From positions 106,826,001-106,890,000 of the forward strand of contig CM069131.1 of NCBI GenBank assembly GCA_035221665.1: a DNA stretch of 64,000 nt, read 5' to 3'. Of the stretch, positions 60,411-64,000 are shown in pieces. The notes below the pieces were generated by a model, which saw only the letters and a list, made by a program, of their open reading frames with translations, did not search any database and was not told the origin of the DNA. Positions within the stretch are counted from its first letter, which is position 1; each line of letters opens with the position of its first letter. This stretch comes from Okamejei kenojei. Its lineage: Eukaryota. The translations under genes and the position numbers were made by a program.

Positions 60411-62971
60411 TTTGATTTTCCAGAATCTACAGTTCCTTATTAGACGTTTTGTGCTGACGGCTGCATCTGCAGTTCGTTTCAGTTATGGGGAGGGGGAGGA
60501 GTCCTGGCCTGTGGCGGCTTCTGATAAGCGATATGTTCCTCCGCGGGTGCTGCCTTGCCAGCTGAGTTCCTCCCTCTGCCTACCTTCAACTCCCTGTCTG
60601 TGGTGGCTCAGCGGGACTGGCACGGGCTCTGCGGCTGCGTTTCTGGTCGAGACCCTTCTTCAGACAATCACAAGTACTCTCACCGACGAGAGTTCAGTTC
60701 AGTCTGAAGAAGGGTCTTCTCTCCAGAGTCGCATTGCTGCCTGTCCTGCTGAGTTACTCCAGCGTTTGTCTATCCTCAATTTCAGAGTTAAATAAAATTT
60801 CTCATAGGGGGCTTATAGCATCTACCCCCCCCCCCCCCCCTTTTTCTTCCTGCCCAACCTCAGCCTCACAGAACTTAGGGTATCCCTAGTTCCTAAAACC
60901 CATTTCCATCACTGATTGCAATATATATGTAACACCACATTGCAGGTTCTAGAGATTTTGATTATATTGAGTGGATGTTTCTAGATTAAGTTATGGGAAT
61001 TAAACATTAAATTTCTCCCATCTGGCATATAAATTCATGACAGGGAGATTTAAAAATCATGTTATATTGTGAATTCTTGTGTGAATGGGATTAGTTTGTT
61101 ATTTGGATAGGCTATTGTTAAAAATTATTATTTTCTTAAGAAATTGAATCTACAGGACATTCTTAATGGGAAAGTAGTGGGCAGAAAGGCATGTCAAGCG
61201 TGATTTGAAGAGCAAAAACTTGTAGTTTACAATGCCATAATTGAAAAGATGAGGAAAAACAAGGTGTACAGAGTTACTTATTGGTTACAATCTGAGGAGT
61301 ATGATGATGCTACTGATTATGATATGCCAATGTACCAGCGAGCAACTGATCTTCTCCATAAAGACCTGGTCTATGGCTAGAAATTGTAATTTATTTACCT
61401 ATCTGTAACAGACTTACAGCATATAATACAATCATATTAAAGTTCTGATCTTGAGAATATCACATTTTTGAATTTCCAAGGCAGTCTGGGTGTTTATTAC
61501 TATTTCTATCACAATGGTCAATTTTGTAATTAACTACAATGAGGTAATTAACTAATTATATGCTTTAATTTCAGGTCATCCAAGTAAGATGTTTTATATT
61601 TGTTTCAGAATGCTTCAATCTATAATAACTGAAAATGGGCTTTTGACTGTTCTCGATCACAGCTTTTGTGTTAAGTCAATGGAAAAGCAATTGGGAACAA
61701 GATGCTAATTTCCGAGTATGAAAATGGCCATAACCTTTTTAATACTGAAGATATGAAAGTGAATTGGGTGTCAAATTAAACTTCTTTTTATGCTTTATCT
61801 GATGGGATAGATTGCAGATGTGATTTTTTAAATCTCAACATTTTGTAACATTCCTAGAAAATGTACCTGCATCTTGGCGGCCGACGGCTAGGTTGTTAGC
61901 CAAGAAAGATAGTCTTCGTTATCCCTCAGCACAAAAACATCAAGAACGATGTTGCTGTACTGAGGGTTAGCCAAGTCGATCCTTCATTGCTAGCAGCTGA
62001 TGGGAAGCGGCTGTAAAGTGGGAAGCGGCTGTAAAAGGACAACGCGTGTGGGGGGAAAAGAGTTCCTTTCACAGCGTGTAGGTAGTCTGTCCAGGGGTAA
62101 AATGTTGCCGGGAGGGCAGGAGCGTTGAGAAGGAGGCGGTCGGGGATCATGCCAGCATCCAGCTCAAGAGCGGGTCAGCGGGCGATGGATAACAGGACAG
62201 CGGGCGGTGGAGCTTACTCCATATCTCAGCGCGAGAAACCTCAATTGATCCCTTGTTCGCGCTGACACAGGAGTAAGCTCCACCACCCGCTGTGATGTTA
62301 TCCATCACCCGCTGACCCACTCCGCTCTATGATCTTTGCTCTTGAGCTGGTCCCCTCACTGTTCAGACGGAGAGCACTGCCAGAGGTGAGCGGGCCGGCA
62401 GAAGGCGCTGAGTTGACAGTCGGTTCCGCTGTACGGCCATGGCGGCCACTCGTAGCCAGGCGAGCTACTTCCCTCACCGGCCAAAATGTGGTGGCTCCGC
62501 GCCCGGAGCGCTGCGACAGCGGTGAGTGGGTAACTGGCATGAACCCGACCTCCTCCTTCTCAACGCTCCTGTCCTCCCCGAAACTTTACCCCTGGCTAGA
62601 CTCCCCACACGCTGTGAAAGGAACTCTCCCCCCAATTGGTCCCTTGAACTAGTATAGTAATTCAATAAGATGACAACTGATTCATGTTGTCCTGGTGGGC
62701 TCCCGATTTTCCCACCATCTTCCCGCCTGCCGTCACCCTCCACCCCCCACCCATTCAGTAGTTCAGAATGAAGGTTTGGAAGCCTTGGGCAAATTGAATT
62801 GTTACTTTATTTTTATTTTTACGGAGAGAACAATCTGCGCATGCGCAGTTTATAATTTTTTTAGAGCCTACTGACTGTCATATTACTCACGACACATGAC
62901 TCATTTATAATTATTTATATTTCAATGAAAATTGTTCCCAATTGGGCCCCGCCCTCCTAAGGCAGGCCCTG

Positions 62972-63560
62972 CAAGAAGGTGCACCAGCATCTTGGAAGTT
63001 TTTAAAGAGATTCGGCATTTCACCAAGTACTCTGACAAAGTTCTACAAATATACTGTATCGTCACCGGTTGCATCATGGCCTGGAATGCAAGAGGCTGCA
63101 GAAAGTGGTGGACTCAGCCCAGGCCATCATGGGCAAAGCTCTTCCATCCATCAAAATCATCTACATGAGGGGGATGCCCCATCAAGATCCCCACCATTTG
63201 GGTTATACCTTCTTGCTACTAATGTCGAGCAATAGGTACAAAAGCCTGAAGTTCCACACCACCAGGTTCAAGAATAGTTACTTTCCTAGAACTATTAGGT
63301 TCTCAAACAGACCTGCACAGGCATAATCCTACATTGGCAATAAAACATTACAGACTGCCTCATGCATTACGGAGGACAAATTTATTGTTATTTCTGCAGA
63401 TTTTTTTCTTTTGCTACAGAACTTGTGTAATTTTTGAATAATTGATGTATAATTTGTTTTGTGTGTTATCGGAGTGTATATGCCTGCGATGATGCTGCAA
63501 ATAAGATTTTCATTGTATCTGTACCTCACCAATGTTGTGTGCATATAAAATAAACTTGAC
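62972..63560 (+). mobile_element. Rex-Babar/L2-like LINE 3' fragment (host of the hAT element; left part about 59130-59630)
   Basis: KRLQKVVDSAQ..DPHH.G..RYKSLKFHTTRFKNSYFP. Confidence 0.75.
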
Positions 63561-64000
63561 TAGACTTTGCTCTGCTCTTATCCTGACGTTCTTTCATTAT
63601 TTCCTGTTTCTACAGGTGCAGTAGTATCGTTCTTTCAAGTGTTCCCTTTGTTCTTCCTGAAATTGTGCCATTGCATTCAGACCGCTGTAATCTCTTTCAA
63701 TTCCTCGTGTTTCTTGCTTTGCACCTGAAACTTCAATGCTAGAAACCCACACCCATACGCCATTGTATTGCTCCCCTTTTAATTGATCTCATACGATTCT
63801 TTGCTGATCTAAATTGAGGAAAAAATGTCTTCCTTTTAAAGTTAAAGACCATCCACTTCTTCCTCCATTCTCACCTAAATACAAATGCTTTTTGCTGATG
63901 TGGACAAGGAATTTGCATTGCAACAATAAATATTTGCCAAATTGGATAAGATTGTCATCTTCTGTTCACCCGTTAAAGCATTGTTACAACCATCCAACCA

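Larger units (their letters stand above)
59631..62971. mobile_element. Non-autonomous hAT-superfamily transposon (3341 bp) with composite interior
   Basis: TIRs CAGGGCCGGCCTTA and TAAGGCAGGCCCTG (1 mismatch); 8-bp TSD CAAGAAGG at 59623-59630 and 62972-62979; the host LINE resumes across it. Confidence 0.9.

Noticed and set aside
63597-63724. Possible minus-strand terminal exon (AKQETRGIERDYSG..CRNRK*) after tttcag
   Set aside because: Short, unrecognised and with no partner exon in the window; cannot be supported

Overview
Vertebrate genomic DNA, most likely a cartilaginous fish (skate or ray-like, judged from the CR1, V-SINE/HE1-type and Penelope-derived repeat landscape). Two host genes point away from each other. 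A YIPF5/7-family gene (probably YIPF7) lies on the minus strand, with two coding exons visible at 14830-14942 and 4128-4282; the rest is left of the window. A complete GNPDA2 lies on the plus strand (CpG-island first exon near 32.4-32.6 kb, six coding exons 38619-49260, 277 aa). The remainder is mostly mobile DNA. A 7.0-kb class I endogenous retrovirus (24319-31333, minus strand) has near-identical LTRs, a tRNA-Pro-like PBS, decayed gag-pol and an ERV3/HERV-I-type env, and sits at the bottom of a four-level nested insertion. A full-length DIRS1-type tyrosine-recombinase retrotransposon (about 52707-58341) carries ITR/ICR ends and an adenine-methyltransferase-like domain. There is also a rearranged Gypsy element, hAT, Harbinger and unclassified TIR elements, RTE, CR1 and Rex-Babar LINE fragments, SINEs, and many Penelope-derived repeats with hammerhead-ribozyme-like cores. 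All family assignments are by eye from motifs; no database search was run.
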